DNA of 64,000 nt from Octopus sinensis. Its lineage: Eukaryota. The stretch spans positions 41,912,001 through 41,976,000 of the forward strand of contig NC_043013.1 in assembly GCF_006345805.1 (NCBI RefSeq). Direction: 5' to 3'. The notes beneath the pieces are model-generated. The model was not told the origin of the DNA. It ran no database searches and worked only from the letters and a program-made list of their open reading frames with translations. This document shows positions 1-14,269 of the stretch, piece by piece. The position numbers were made by a program, and so were the translations under genes. Positions within the stretch are counted from its first letter, which is position 1. Each line of letters opens with the position of its first letter.

Positions 1-43
1 ACACACACATATAGATATACATATATATATATATAATATATAT

Positions 44-101
<58 letters not shown>

Positions 102-1914
102 GGTGTGTGTGTGTGTGTATGTATGTATATATATATATATTATATATATATACACGACAAGCTTCTTTCAGTTTCCGTCTACCAAATCCACTCACAATGC
201 TTTAATCGGCCGAGGCTATAGTAAAAGTCACTTAGACAAGGTGCCACGCAGTGGGACTGAACACAGAACCATGTGGTTGGTAAGCAAGCTACTTACCACA
301 CATCCTCTCCTGCGCCTGTATGTTTTATGTATGCATATATACATGTGAATGAGTGTGAATGAATGTGTGTACGTGCATGTGCGTATGCGAACGAGTAAAT
401 TGTTTATACACTTGCTGTATATTTTTCAGACTGCCTGATTCAAAATCGTTTCGGAAGTGACGCGAATAATGACATTGATGAGCTGCAATGACAGCGAAAT
501 ACGTATCAGTCACACTAGCGATCATTTTAAGGAACGATTTCCTTTCGCCTAGCTATGAAGCATATTGTGTTGGTCAATAAAATGCGACTATAAAGGGATA
601 TTTCCCTGAGAAAAACCGCAGCTTCAGCGTCTCCACTATACACGGATATATACATGCATACGTGTATATGTATGTGTGCATGTATGTATGTATGTATGTA
701 TGTATGTATGTATGTATGTATGTATGTATGTATGTATGTATGTATGTATGTATGTATGTATGTATATTTGTACGTATGTATGTATGTATGTATGTATGTA
801 TGTTTGTATGTATGTATGTTTGTATAATGTATGCATGTATGTATGTATGTATATGTATGTATGCATGTATGTATGTATGTTTGTATTATTTATGTATGTA
901 ATGTATGTATGTATGTATGTGTGCATGTATGTATGTATGTATGTATATTTGTATGTATGTATATTTGTATGTATGTTTGTATTATGTATGTATATATGTG
1001 TGTATGTATGTATGTATGTACGTATGTATATGTATGTATGTAAGTATGTATGTATGTATGTATGTATGTATGTATGTATGTATGTATGTGTAGTTGGCTG
1101 TCTGACGACGCCAAGTGTCGGTGGCATTTCGGATTCACTGATAATAAAAGCATTATTAATGACATCTAACTGTATAGTTTTATTGAGAACTTTATTGAAT
1201 CACTTAATGTTCGCAGCTTCAGAACTTTTGTATTTTATAACAATAAAAACACTTACATGCATACATACATACATACATACATGCATACATACATACATAC
1301 ATACATACATACATACATACATACATACATACATACATACATACATACATACATTTATTTCATCGGCTTCAATTTTTGCTTCTCAATCTATTCTCTACTT
1401 GCGTATTTGTTCGTGTTTTTAGAATTTTATATATTTGTAATAGCACCATTTTCAATGGCGTGCACTTTCTCCATTACAGGAAGTGATTTTCTACATACAT
1501 ATAACCATATTACATAAGTACATACATATATCCATACTCACATAAGTATATACATACATTAATATATACATATATGTATATATATATATATATATATATT
1601 AAATATATTATATAATATATATATATATACATATATGTATATATATATACATATATATATATATACATATATAATATATATACACATATATATATATACA
1701 CATATATATATACTATATATATATATACACACACACATATATATATATACACACACACACATATATATTATTTATACATATATATATACACATATAGATA
1801 TAATATATATATATTATACATATATATATACATATATATACATATATATACATATATATATATATAATATATATATATATACATATATATACACATATAT
1901 ATACATATATATAT

Positions 1915-1986
<72 letters not shown>

Positions 1987-2509
1987 GTGCGTATGCGTTT
2001 AACTGATTCGGACTTATGTAACTGTGTGTGTCCTGTATATATGTGAGTAATTTGCGCAGTCAAATGTATGGCTTCGTATACAGATGTGTCTTCGTGCATT
2101 TACAAGAGTACATATGCGAATACTTATATATATATATGTGTGCATACTCATGCATTTAGCTCCGCTTGTGCACCTTAAAATCACTGAAGCTGTTCGTGTT
2201 TCTGCACATTAAACCACGACCACATGCTGAGAATATAAAATTCAAACTAACACTCTTCTGTGAGATAAGTCAAAAGATAAAAATCAAACTCTTGCTGTTA
2301 CTGAAGTAACATGCATGCATATATTCCAATATATATATATATATACGTAGATACATTCATAGATGCATGCATACATACAGGCATGCATACATATGCACAT
2401 ACACACACATATAAATATATATGTATGCATATAGATATATATGTGTGTGGGGGGTGTTTGTGTGTGTGTGTACATATATACTTGCAGAGGTAGAGAACAT
2501 ATATATCAC

Positions 2510-2555
<46 letters not shown>

Positions 2556-2580
2556 ATATCATATGTGTATTATATATATA

Positions 2581-2618
<38 letters not shown>

Positions 2619-3217
2619 TATATATATATTTATATATATAAAGAGAGGGAGTGAAAGATCAGAATGATAAAGACAGCGAGACAGAAAGAGAGAGAACATC
2701 ATATATATAAATATTATATACATAAATAATATATATACATATACATACATATATATATATAGTATATATATATTATATATATATATATATACTACATATG
2801 TATGCGTGTATGTGTTTGCGTGTATCTGTGTAGTTAGATATCTCTCTGTGTAAGTGAATGTGTGTGGATATATCTACAGAGAGGGGGGAGTAAGTGTAAG
2901 TGATAGATACATACATACATACGTACATACATACATACATACATACATGAGCGTACATCTGCGCGCATGCCCACATAGATGTAAATAGATAGGTAAGTCA
3001 AAGAGAGATATGAAGATACGGTGTGTAGAAAAACGAAGAAAACAAGACAGGAATCCGGACCAAACACCCAAACGAACTTCCATTTTCGTTTGGTGAGAAA
3101 AAATACAATAATCAAAAAAGTATTACCCAGTCTTTTCCCTTCAATATGCCTTTTAATGTATTCTTTCTGTCTCCATTACACACACACAACCCACATGTAT
3201 GCTAATATCTATATACA

Positions 3218-3279
<62 letters not shown>

Positions 3280-3303
3280 ATATATAATATATGTATATAT
3301 ATA

Positions 3304-3346
<43 letters not shown>

Positions 3347-3405
3347 TGTATATAGATATATATATATATACTATATATACATATACATACATGCATATAT
3401 ATATA

Positions 3406-3441
<36 letters not shown>

Positions 3442-4373
3442 ATACATATATGTATCTATGTTCATATATATTATGTATATTATATAATGTATAAATAATA
3501 TATATATATTATATATATATATATATTATATACATATATATGTATTATGTTCATATATATTATTTATATATAATGTAATATATAAATATATATATATAAT
3601 ATATATATATATATAGATATAGATATATATGGTATCTATGTTCATATATATATATATATGTATATTATGTATAATATATATATGTGTGTGTGTGAATGTA
3701 TGTATGTACGTGTGTGTGTGAATGTATGTATGTACATATCTGTATATATAATTATATACATGTTTATACATATATAGATATGTATAAATGTGCTTCTGTG
3801 CGTGAATACACGATATTTGAGTATGTACGTACGTATGTGTGTGCGTGTGTGTGTGAGTGTGTGTGTATCTGCGTGTCTATATATGTATGTGTATATATGT
3901 GTATGCGCGTCTGTAACTGTGTATGTGTATATGTATGTGTATATATATATATGTGTGTATGGGTATATATATCTGTGTGTATGTATGTATGTGTATAAAT
4001 GTGTGTGTATGTGTGTGTGTGTATGTGTGTGAGTGTGTATTTAAGTTAGTATGTATATGTATGCACTTAATGCCATATAGATTGTAAACTATGAATCACA
4101 GATAAATGCGTGGAGGAAAGATTGAAACGCGTGTATGTGTGCATGTATATGCGTGTGAGTATGTGTTTATACGCTTGTGAGTGTATGTGCCCCTGCATAT
4201 ATATGTGTGTGTGTGTGTGTGTGTATGTGTGTGTGTGTGTATGTGTGTGTGTGCGTGTGTCCCTGTATGTATGTGTCAGTGGGTGTTTAGGTGTGTGTGC
4301 GTGTATATGTGCCTGTATATGCGTGTGAGTATGTGTTTATACGCTTGTGAGTGTATGTGCCCCTGCATGTATA

Positions 4374-4428
<55 letters not shown>

Positions 4429-4989
4429 TATGTGTGTGTGAGTGTGTCTCCGTATGTATGTGTCAGTGGGTGTTTAGGTGTGTGTGCGTGTATGCGCGCG
4501 TTTATGAGTGTTTTGTATGTGCGTGTGTGTGTGTGTGTGCATGTGTGTGTCTGTGTGAGTGTTCGCGTGTATGTGTGTGCGTGCATGTGCGTGCATGCGT
4601 GTGTGCGTGCGTGCGTGTGTGTGTGTGGGGGGGTGATGTATATTAACGATGCGTATGCTTTACCCCATAACTGTGGCGTAAATCGTTTATCAAACTCACA
4701 GAAAGTCGCCATATTGTAGGAATGGATCCACCAGCATCAACAAGTTCACTGCTTCCCTCGCCGCCCCCTCACCATGCACCGCCACCACCACCACCACAAC
4801 CACCACCACCACCACCACCCCCACCACAGCTACCGCCACCACTCTCACAACCACGCCATCCACCATTACGCCATTACTACCCCGTTATCATTACTATGGT
4901 TGTTCCATCTGAGGAGAGCAGAAAATAATAATAAAAGGCTATTAGAATATTTTATTGAACACATCCATCCATATATATATATATATGAG

Positions 4990-5033
<44 letters not shown>

Positions 5034-5154
5034 ATATATATATATATATATATAATGTATGTATGTATATGTATGTATGTTATAAAATGTATGTATATAT
5101 GTATATGTATGTATGTATATATATGTATGTATATGTATGTATATATATTGTACG

Positions 5155-5185
<31 letters not shown>

Positions 5186-5334
5186 GTAGGTATATATATG
5201 TTATATATATATATATATACTATATATATATATGTATATATATATGCACACACACACACACCATTATATATATATATATGCACACATGTATATAATATAT
5301 ATATATATAATATATATAGATAGATATATGTGTC

Positions 5335-5367
<33 letters not shown>

Positions 5368-5846
5368 ATTACTTTGTTCCTTTCAGTTATGCATTTATAT
5401 ATACACTTACAGACATGCGCACACACACACACACTCACATATTACTTTGTTGCTCTCACCCACCTATGTATTTATGCATACACTTCCATGCACACACACC
5501 CACACACATACACACACACACACATAAGCACTCGTGGTATTGCATACACGCATTCACGCTTGGACGTACGCTCTAACCCCGCCCCACACACACACACATA
5601 CAATATTTAATGCACGCAGATACGAGCATAAAAACTCATTGTCATACCTACGTATATAAACACAGCTATTTCTTATGTAACATCCAACGATTCAGACCCG
5701 AATGACTGCTATACATCAGATCTCGTAATCCTACCCCAAGAATATGTATGCATGTGTGTATGTACACATGTAGTATGTATGTATGTATGTATGTATGTAT
5801 GTATGTATGTATGTATGTATGTATGTATGTATGTATGTATATGTTG

Positions 5847-5898
<52 letters not shown>

Positions 5899-5900
5899 TA
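1..5900. repeat. Compound microsatellite field: (TA)n, (TG)n, (TATG)n/(TACA)n with short unique spacers
   Basis: Directly visible, e.g. (TATG)n 680-1088, (TA)n-rich 1560-1981 and 3210-3680, (TG)n-rich 3680-4626. Explains the [12 protein letters not shown] ORFs. Confidence 0.97.
154..318 (-). mobile_element. SINE family A, 5' half
   Basis: Reverse complement of the head GGCGCAGGAGTGGCTGTGTGGTAAG...GGTTCAGTCCC plus body ...GGAAACTGAAAGAAGC seen intact at 58187. Confidence 0.85.
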
Positions 5901-5904
5901 TATT

Positions 5905-6340
5905 GGCGCATGCGTGACTGTGTGGTAAGAAGCTGATTCCCAACCACATGGTTCCGGGTTCAGTCCCACTGCGTGGCATCTTGGGCATGTGTCTTCTACT
6001 ATAGCCTCGGGCCGACCAAAGCCTTGTGAGTGGATTTGGTAGACGGAAACTGAAAGAAGCCCGTCGTATATATATAAATATATATATATATATTTGTGTG
6101 TTTGTGTCTGTGTTTGTTCCCCACCCCACTATCGCTTGACAACCGATGTTGGTGTGTTTATGTCCCAGTAACGTAACGGTTCGGCAAAAGAGACCAATGG
6201 AATAAGCTGGCAAAAAATTAAGTAGTAATTGTATTTCAAAGGGCCAGCCTTGTCGCATTCTGTGCCACGCTGAATGTCCCTGAGAACCCCGTTAAGGGTA
6301 CACGCGTCTGTGTGGTGCTCAGCCTCGTGCACGTTAAAAT
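5905..6340 (+). mobile_element. SINE A (5905-~6215) joined to the tail module of SINE E (~6226-6340)
   Basis: tRNA-like A/B boxes and internal (TA)n(TG)n, then TTGTATTTCAAAGGGCCAGCCTTGTC...GCACGTTAA, shared with 21707-22029. Confidence 0.8.
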
Positions 6341-6592
6341 GAGATGTCAGTGTTATTTTCATTTTTGCTTATCTTAGACGACAGTATATTCACCGCACCC
6401 TATACACACACACACACTCTCTCTCACTCTTGCTCTCTCTCTTTCTCTCTCTCTCTCTTTCACACACACACACACACACACACATACTCTCACGCACGCA
6501 CACATACATACATATATACATACATACATACATACATACATACATACATACATACATACATACATACATACATACATACATACATACATACA

Positions 6593-6928
6593 TTATTATT
6601 ATGGCTGCCCCCTCGTTATCGAGTATGGCCATTGCACGAAGCTTAACTGTTACTGGTGCTGTGATCGAATGTGACTTTTTAGCCCAGCTAAAGATCTACA
6701 ATATCTCGTACAAAATTGGCAACTAAAACCATTACTGGTAATAGCCGGCTGTAGTTGTAACTGGGCTTCATGTACCTTTGCATATCGTTTAAGTCCTCCT
6801 GCCGAAATACACTCTCTTCCACATGCCCGACAGATATGATTAATATGGTGTGTTACACCACCACCAGTGGCCAGGTTGTCACTCACCTGTCTCGTTTTAT
6901 GACTATGAAGATGACTCTTGAGTCCAGC

Positions 6929-6930
<2 letters not shown>
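6593..6930 (-). mobile_element. 5'-truncated RTE-like LINE 3' end encoding tandem C2H2-type fingers
   Basis: Minus frame reads ...AGLKSHLHSH...CRACGRECISAGGLKRYAKVH...CQFCTRYCRSLAGLKSHIRSQH*, then a short UTR ending in (ATA)n. Flanked by (TACA)n on both sides. Confidence 0.65.
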
Positions 6931-6960
<30 letters not shown>

Positions 6961-7592
6961 CATACATACATACATACATACATACATACATACATACATT
7001 CGTACGTACGTAGGAACCAGCGAGGGACCTTCTATTTTATGAAACACTTCGCCCACATATCATTCTGGAGCGGCTTCTGACGAGCTCCTCTCAGAACCGA
7101 TTCGAAACGTGGAAAATTAAAGTTTAATTCTTACAAATATGACAGTAATTTAATAAATGCTGCTTTTTTATTGTTTCAAACATCCCTTAAGACATACACA
7201 CTGTTCTTTTAACCGTAATTTTTGTGACATTAATCTTTTGTCGGAAAACGTGCTAACTCGTAGGATAATAGTCTTGCCCTGCCCTTATTATAGCCAATCA
7301 GCATTTAGCATTCCTCTTTCCCCTACTCAGATCCCCGTGGGGCATCAAATCTGTCATGTTAAGTGTTGTTGTTGGTGATGTTAGTCGTCACTGTGAATAT
7401 AACTTTTGACTGGGTCGGTTGTTGGTTACGTCATTATAAGATAAATGCAATTATTATGATTGCTGGTCACATTTAAGGTTAATTTACTTACCGCGTTTGA
7501 TGGCATGAAACACACACGGCTATATTAGTAGAACAATTTTAGCAGCACGTATTCAGGGGGTAAAAGTTTTTAGTTCTCTAAAGTATGTAAAA

Positions 7593-7838
7593 GTGGAGGC
7601 GCGTGGTTTAATGGTTAGGGTGTCAGCATCATGATCGTAAGGTTGTGGTTTCGATTCCTGGACCGGGCGACGCGTTGTGTTCTTGAGCAAAACACTTCAT
7701 TTCACGTTGCTGGCAAAAATTAGTAACGCTGCGATGGACTGGCGTCCCGTCCAGCTGGGGAACACATACGCCATTGAAACCGGGAAACCGGGCCCATGAG
7801 CCTGGCTACGCTTTAAAAGGGCGCATTTATTATTTATT
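7593..7838 (+). mobile_element. SINE family C (tRNA head, CORE-like segment, V-domain-like segment) with TSD
   Basis: Head GTGGAGGCGCGTGG...GGTTTCGATTCC, then TTGAGCAAAACACTTCATTTCAC and TGCGATGGACTGGCGTCCCGTCCAG. TSD TAAAGTATGTAA at 7579-7590 and 7839-7850. Confidence 0.88.
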
Positions 7839-7866
7839 TAAAGTATGTAATATTTAAAGCAATCAA

Positions 7867-8695
7867 GGCGGTGAGCTGGCAGAATCGTGAGTACCCGATT
7901 AAAATGCTTTGCGCCATTTTATTCGTCGTTAGGCTTTGAGTTCAAATTCCGAGGAGGTCGACTTTCTCTTTCATCCTTTCAGGGTCAATAAAATAAGTAG
8001 CATTCGAGCACTAGAGTTGATCTAATCGACTTAGCCTCTACGCGAAATAGCTGGTCTTGTGTCAAAATTTAAAACCAATATTTAAAGGAGTATAGGGCAA
8101 CTAGCTGGTAGAATCATTAGCACATCAGTCAAAATGCTTAGCGGCATTTCGTATGTCCTTACGTTCTGAGTTCAAATTCCGCCAAGGTCAATTTTGCTTT
8201 TCATTCTTTCGGAGTCGATAAAATAAATATTAGCTGAACACTGGAGTCGATGTAATCGACTTGCCCCCTCACCGAAATTACTGAAATGCATAGAGGCATT
8301 TCGTCCATCTTCACTTTCTGAGTTCAAATTCAGCCGAAGTCGACTTTGATTTTCATCCTTTCGAGGTCGATAAAATAAGTACCAGTTGATTACTGGGTTC
8401 GATGTAATGGACTTACCCCTTCCTCGAAATTGCTGGCCTTGTACCAAAATTTAAAATCAGTTTTAAAGCAATCTAAGTCAATGAGCTGGTAGAATCGTCA
8501 GCACGCAGAACAAAATGCTTAGCGACATTTCGTCCATCTCTACGTTCTGAGTTCAAAGTCTGCCGAGGTCGACTTTGCCTTTCATCTTTTCGGGATCAAT
8601 GAAATAAGTATCAGTTGAATATCGGGGTCGATGTAATCGACTTTTCCCCTCTCCCTAAAATTGCCTGCCTTGTACCAAAATGTGAAGCCAGTATC
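7867..8695 (+). mobile_element. Tandem cluster of older SINE B copies (three heads, four bodies)
   Basis: Repeated GAGCTGG(C/T)AGAATC heads and CTTTCATCCTTTCGGGGTCGATAAAATAAGTACCAG-like cores, separated by TTTAAAGCAATC(T)AA-like spacers. Confidence 0.85.
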
Positions 8696-9309
8696 TAAAG
8701 CAATCTAACAGTACATAACAGATCATTACAAAATTAAATTAGCTACAGCAGAAGACATTACTGTGTATAAAAAGTTAGCAGTACAACCGAATGTATTATG
8801 GGATCGAGTTAGGTAGAAGAGACCCTTCGTATTAAAGTAAACTAGCAGCAGTGAGCGTCAGGGACAATGTTACAGTGAGTGTCGCTGGCCACTCTCCCTC
8901 ACTATGTCTTTGCAATCATGTCCTCAATGCGAGGAGGAACACGTCATTTGCTGGAGAGTGTACAATCCGTTACTCCTCCTTCCTCCCATCTCCTGCTGCT
9001 TAATTCAACACCACCACCACCACCACCACCATCATCACCGCCGCCGCTTTGTATTTTGTTACCTTGGTGAGGTAATCATGGGCTTTTTTTTCTCGATAAT
9101 GTAGTCTTTTATACTTATTTTCTTTTATTTTCTTCCTGTAAAAATATGTTGATAATAAATCAGCTTCAATAAAATAATTAAAAATAAAGAAAAATAGAAA
9201 CATTAAAAAAAAGACAAAATAAGCTTATGGAAGATCCAAATATGCACACAGGATCCGGCATGGGTTGTTTTGAGACATCGTTATTTATTTATTTATTCAT
9301 TTATTTAAT

Positions 9310-9858
9310 TATTATTTGATGCACACTCTCAGCTTATTTTGCTGGGTATGATGAAGAGTGTCAGCTGTCCACAACCAACAGACTAAGATAACACTTGTTT
9401 ACTGGTCATGCTTCAAGAACCCTGCGAAGAATTCTTGTAGTTCCAAGCAATGTTGATTTTTGAAGGTGTTCTATCTTTACATTTGTACCAATCTTTTTGT
9501 GCCATGCTGGTAGTTGAGTCCTAATAGTTCAAAGTGCGCCAATTAGTGTCGGTGTCAACGTCAACTCTCCTCATTGACCGCAAACCTTCGTATTTCCCAC
9601 TTCAAAATCGTCAGAGTTGTTCAATTTTTCTTCTTCTTTCTCTTTGATCCTGTTGTCACCAGGATCAAATATGTCAATTATCATGCAAGTTCTTTCTTTC
9701 TCATTCACTACAACAATGTCCGGTTTCCGATTTCTGGTCAGATGATCGCGCTGAATCATTGCATCTCACAGGATGTTGCAATCTTCATTCTCAGTGACTC
9801 CTTCTGGAGTTTGCTCGTACCACGTCTTTGCTCTTTGTTGGCCGCGATTTCCACCGAG

Positions 9859-9861
<3 letters not shown>
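9310..9861 (-). mobile_element. R4/Dong-like non-LTR retrotransposon 3' fragment (restriction-like endonuclease)
   Basis: Minus-strand peptides KTWYEQTPEGVTENEDCNIL*DAMIQRDHLTRNRKPDIVVVNEKERTCMIID..PGD..IKEKEEEK and LQKSTLLGTTRILRRVLEA*. Abuts (ATT)n 9862-9930. Confidence 0.8.
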
Positions 9862-9917
<56 letters not shown>

Positions 9918-9931
9918 CATTATTATTATTT

Positions 9932-10292
9932 AGGCGGTGAGCTAGCAGAATCGTTAGCAGGCCAGGCGAAATGCTTAGCGGCATTTTGTCTATCTTCAAG
10001 CTCTGAGTTCAAATTCCACCGAGGTTTACTCGTGAAATTAACGTGCATGTGGCTGAGTACTCCACGGGCACGCGCAACTTTAACGCAGTTCTACGGGAGA
10101 TTCAGCGCAGCACAGAATATGACAAGGCTGGCCCTTTGAATTACAGGCACCACGGATTTTTTACCAAATGAGAGGACTGGAGCAACGTGAAATAAAGTGT
10201 CGTACTCAAGGACACAACGCTGCACCATAAATCGAACTTGCGACCTTACGATAGTGAACCAAATACCCTAAGCACTAAGTCACACGCCTTCA
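9932..10292. mobile_element. SINE B head (+, 9932-10026) abutting partial SINE E (-, 10027-10292)
   Basis: Sequence similarity to other copies in the window. Confidence 0.75.
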
Positions 10293-10761
10293 AAGAGCAT
10301 AAATATAACCCTTTTTTTTTTCCAATGGCCAGAACTAATAAAAGTAACTAGCGATGCCAGCGAAACTGCTTTTTGCTCGATGGAAAAAAAAAATGGACGA
10401 AGAAGTAAATGGAAGATGTTTGTGAGTCATATTTGTAAAGATTCGACTGACTTTCATAAAAAGTACAGTCTTCAGTATTGCTATTTTTCCCTAGTATCGG
10501 GAGTATGAAAAGGCTGAAAGGAAGCTCTACGCTTAAACATGTCCAGTAGCTTGAAAAGATTATTTATGCAAACAGCAATCTATTTTCGAAAGCCATATTA
10601 ATGGAAATGTACTTGAATAATGCAATCAAGTTATTAAGTGTGTGTTGTGGGTATGTATATGTGTGTGTGTATGTGTGTGCGTGTGCGCGTATGTGCATGT
10701 GTGTGTGAGTGTGTGTGGGGGGAGGGGGAACTGTTGCGGAGAATTTGTTAATTAGCGTATA

Positions 10762-11180
10762 GGTGCAGGCGTGGATGTGTAGTAAGAAGCTTGCTTCCCA
10801 ACTACATGGTTCCGGGTTCAGTCCCGCTGCGTGGCAGTTTACGCAAGTGTCTTCTACTTTAGTCTCGGGCCGGCCAAAGCCTTGTGAGTGGATTTGATTT
10901 GGTAGGCGGAAACTGAAAGCGGCCCGTCGTATATATGTGTGTGTGTGTGTGTGTGTATGTGTGTGTGTGTGTGTGTGTCTTTTTGTCAGTATCTGTCCTC
11001 CTATCACCGTTTGACAACCAGTGTTGGTGTGTAACTTAACGGCTCGGCCAAAGAGACCGATAGAATAAGTACTAAGCATTAAAAAAAATAAGTCCTAGAG
11101 TCGATTTGTTTGACTAAAACCCTTCAAGGCGGTGCTCTAGCATGGCGGCAGTCAAATGACAGAAATAAATAAAAGAGTAA
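10762..11180 (+). mobile_element. SINE family A, full length
   Basis: Head, internal (TG)n, 3' module ...GCGGTGCTCTAGCATGGCGGCAGTCAAATGAC, and AAAAGAG tail. Confidence 0.88.
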
Positions 11181-11509
11181 ATGAGCAAAAAGTAAGTTGC
11201 TGTCGAGCGAATTTGATTCCCTGGAAAAAGTCAGATTGCTTAAGTTAGGTGAAATAAACACCCAGGATGCTTTGCTCCACACAGAAACTGCTGGAGTTAC
11301 TTAGAGGTTTTACAAGCTCTTCTAAATCCATTGCAATACTGGAAACCTTTCCGTATCCTCAACAGCTATCTCCTGAAGTTGTACGCTTTACCTGAGCGGA
11401 GCAGCGAGGACTGAGCTATTCTTCGGAATATAAGACACATTTATTTTCTTTTATAAAACTTTGTCTCAAAAATTCACCCCGGGTCCTATATGTGAAGTTG
11501 CTTTAAACA

Positions 11510-11712
11510 TTGGTTTCAAATTCTGGCACAAGGCCAGCAATTTCGAAGGAGATGGGAAAGTCGATTACATCGACTTCGGTGATCATTTGATACTTATTTT
11601 ATCGACTTCCGAAGGGTGCAAGGCAAAGTCAATCCCGGAGAAAGTAAAGCCGGACAAAATACCGGTAAGCATTTTTTCCGGTGTGCTAACAATTCTGCCA
11701 GCACGCCACCTA
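11510..11712 (-). mobile_element. Old SINE B copy
   Basis: Diverged match to the B core and head. Confidence 0.7.
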
Positions 11713-11832
11713 AGCTGCTTTGAATATTACATTTTTTTTATGTTCGAACGGCTTCTTTTCCTAAATACGCGCCGCTGAAATTGGAATGCATCTAATGTGC
11801 CCACACATCTTTTATTGCGGAAGACAGCTTCT

Positions 11833-12277
11833 TATTTCTTTATTGCCCACAATAAAATACCTATTTCTTTACTACCCACAAGGGGCTAAACACAGAGGGA
11901 ACAAACAAGGACAGACAAACGGATTAAGTCGATTATATCGACCCCAGTGCGTAACTGGTACTTATTTAATCGACCCCGAAAGGATGAAAGGCAAAGTTGA
12001 CCTCGGTGGAATTTGAACTCAGAACGTAGCGGCAGACGAAATACCTATTTCTTTACTACCCACAAGGGGCTAAACACAGAGAGGACAAACAAGGACAGAT
12101 AAACGGATTAAGTCGATTATATCGACCCCAGTGCGTAACTAGTACTTAATTTATCGACCCCGAAAGGATGAAAGGCAAAGTCGACTTCGGCGGAATTTGA
12201 ACTCAGAACGTAGCGGCAGACGAAATACCGCTAAGCATTTCATCCGGTGTCTTTAACGTTTCTGCCAGCTCGCCGCC
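11833..12277 (-). mobile_element. SINE B concatemer (head + two 184-bp units + deleted third unit) with TSD
   Basis: Junctions AATACC|TATTTCTTT at 11861/11862 and 12045/12046. TSD TTGCGGAAGAC(A/G)G(C/T)TTCT at 11815-11832 and 12279-12296. Confidence 0.9.
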
Positions 12278-12664
12278 TTTGCGGAAGACGGTTTCTGGCA
12301 GTTTAAAAGACACGGCTAATATCTCAGTGTCACTGAAACAAGCAGTGTTAGAAAATGTCTCTCGTTTATTTACGTAGATTAACAGGTAACTTTAGCGATC
12401 GATCTACTTGCTTTTAAATTGATCCATGGCTCTGTTATTTCTTCTGATGTCGAATTATCTATAAGTGATTTCCATTCATCCTATGTAACACTTATTGTCA
12501 TAGTTATGGACGGTGCGCCATCAACAGACTTGTTGCTTAACACCTGAAAGAACAGGTGAAGCGTCAAGTAGTTTTTCTAATACTTTAATATGTCATTATG
12601 TGTTACTGTCTTATTCAACAACAAAATTATTGCATGCATTCTCTAAGAATGAAGAATGGGTGAT

Positions 12665-13545
12665 GGTTTCTAATTTTGGCGCAAAGCCAACAATTTTGAG
12701 GGTAAGGAGAAGTCGGTTACAACGATCCAGTCCTCAACTGGTACTTATTTTACATACCCCGAAAGGATGAAAGGCAAAGACCACCACGGCAGCATTTGAC
12801 AGCAGAATGTAAAAGCACGGGTGAAATACCGCTAAGCATTTTGTCCAGCACGTTAACGATTCTTATTCCTTTACTACCCACAAGGGGTTAAACACAGAGA
12901 GGACAAACAAGGACAGACAAACGGATTAAGTCGATTACATCGACTCCAGTGCGCAACTGGTACTTAATTTATCGACCCCGAAAGGATGAAAGGCAAAGTC
13001 GACCTCGGCGGAATTTGAACTCAGAACGTAGCGGTAGACGAAATACCTATTTCTTTATTGCCCACAAGGGGCTAAACACAGAGAGGACAAACAAGGACAG
13101 ATAAACGGATTAAGTCGATTACATCGACTCCAGTGCGCTACTGGTACTTAATTTATCGACCCCGAAAGGATGAAAAGCAAAGTCGACTACGGCGGAATTT
13201 GAACTCAGAACGTAACGGCTAAGCATTTCCCCCGGCGCGCTAACGTTTCTGCCAGCTCGCCGCCTTAAGCACGTTAACGTTTCTGTAGCTTCGCTGAATT
13301 AAGCAATGTGATGCTGGTGATAACAAAAGCTATTAGTTTCAAATTTTGGTACAAGACCAGCAATTTTGGGGGCGGTTAAGTCCCATACATTGTGTTCAGT
13401 GCTTAACTGGTATTTATTTCATTGACCTCAAAAGGATGAAAGACAAAATCGACTGCGGCAGCGTTTGAACTCAGAACGTAAAAAGCCGGAAGAATTGTCA
13501 CTAAACAGTTTGTCCAGCACGATAACGATTCTGGTTCGCCTCTTT
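12665..13545 (-). mobile_element. Young SINE B dimer (12864-13264) nested in an older B copy, followed by a further old copy
   Basis: Junction at 13047/13048. TSD AGCACGTTAACG(A/T)TTCT at 12847-12863 and 13268-13284. Confidence 0.88.
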
Positions 13546-13780
13546 AAGCAATGTGATGATGATGATAATGATAACAAAAAGGGTTAGTTTCATTAAAAAT
13601 TAAGGAGTTGGATAAGAGATGATATTTTTAAAAAAAGTCTTTTGAGGGACCTCGAAGTGAAATAAGAAGTATTGTGAAGTTCGTAACGAAACAAAGGGTT
13701 CACACGAGTTTCTAAGATTTGAAAGATGACTTGAAGCTTCACATTACTGCTAAAAATGTCAAAGGGAAATGAAATAGAGT

Positions 13781-14269
13781 AAATGCAACCTTTTTAAAGC
13801 CTACCCAGACTCATGGACCCGGATTCCCGGTTTTCGTGGCGTATGTGTTCCCCAGCTGGACGGGACGCCAGTCCATCGCAGCGTTACTCATTTTTGCCGG
13901 CTGAGTGGACTGGAGCAACGTGAAATGAAGTGTTTTGCTCAAGAACACAACGCGTCGCCCGGTCCAGGAATCGAAACTACAATCTTACTATCATGATACC
14001 GACACCCTAACCACTAAGCCACGCGCCTGCGCCATTTTAAAGCCTAGCCAGGCTCATGGTTTCCGAGTTTCAACGGTGTATATGTTCCCCAGCTGGACAA
14101 GACGCCAGTCCATCGCAGCGTTACTCATTTTTGCCAGCTGAGTGGAGTGGAGCAACGTGAATTGAAGTGTTTTGCTCAAGAACACAACGCGTCGCCCGGT
14201 CCAGGAATTGAAACCACAATCTTACGACCATGATGCTGACACCCTAACCACTAAGCCACGTGCCTCCAC
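13781..14269 (-). mobile_element. SINE C head-to-tail dimer
   Basis: Two ~245-bp copies joined at ~14028/14029 through a GGCGC microhomology. AAAGGGAAAT on both flanks (13761, ~14273). Confidence 0.88.

Noticed and set aside
1101-1135. CTGACGA followed by a GCCA/TGGC stem
   Set aside because: The GAAA box is missing.
1560-1981. Irregular single-base interruptions in (TA)n tracts as an encoded pattern
   Set aside because: Adequately explained by slippage and possibly long-read consensus error.
636-5950. Numerous ORFs of [16 protein letters not shown] composition here and throughout the window
   Set aside because: Translations of microsatellites with no splice or domain evidence.
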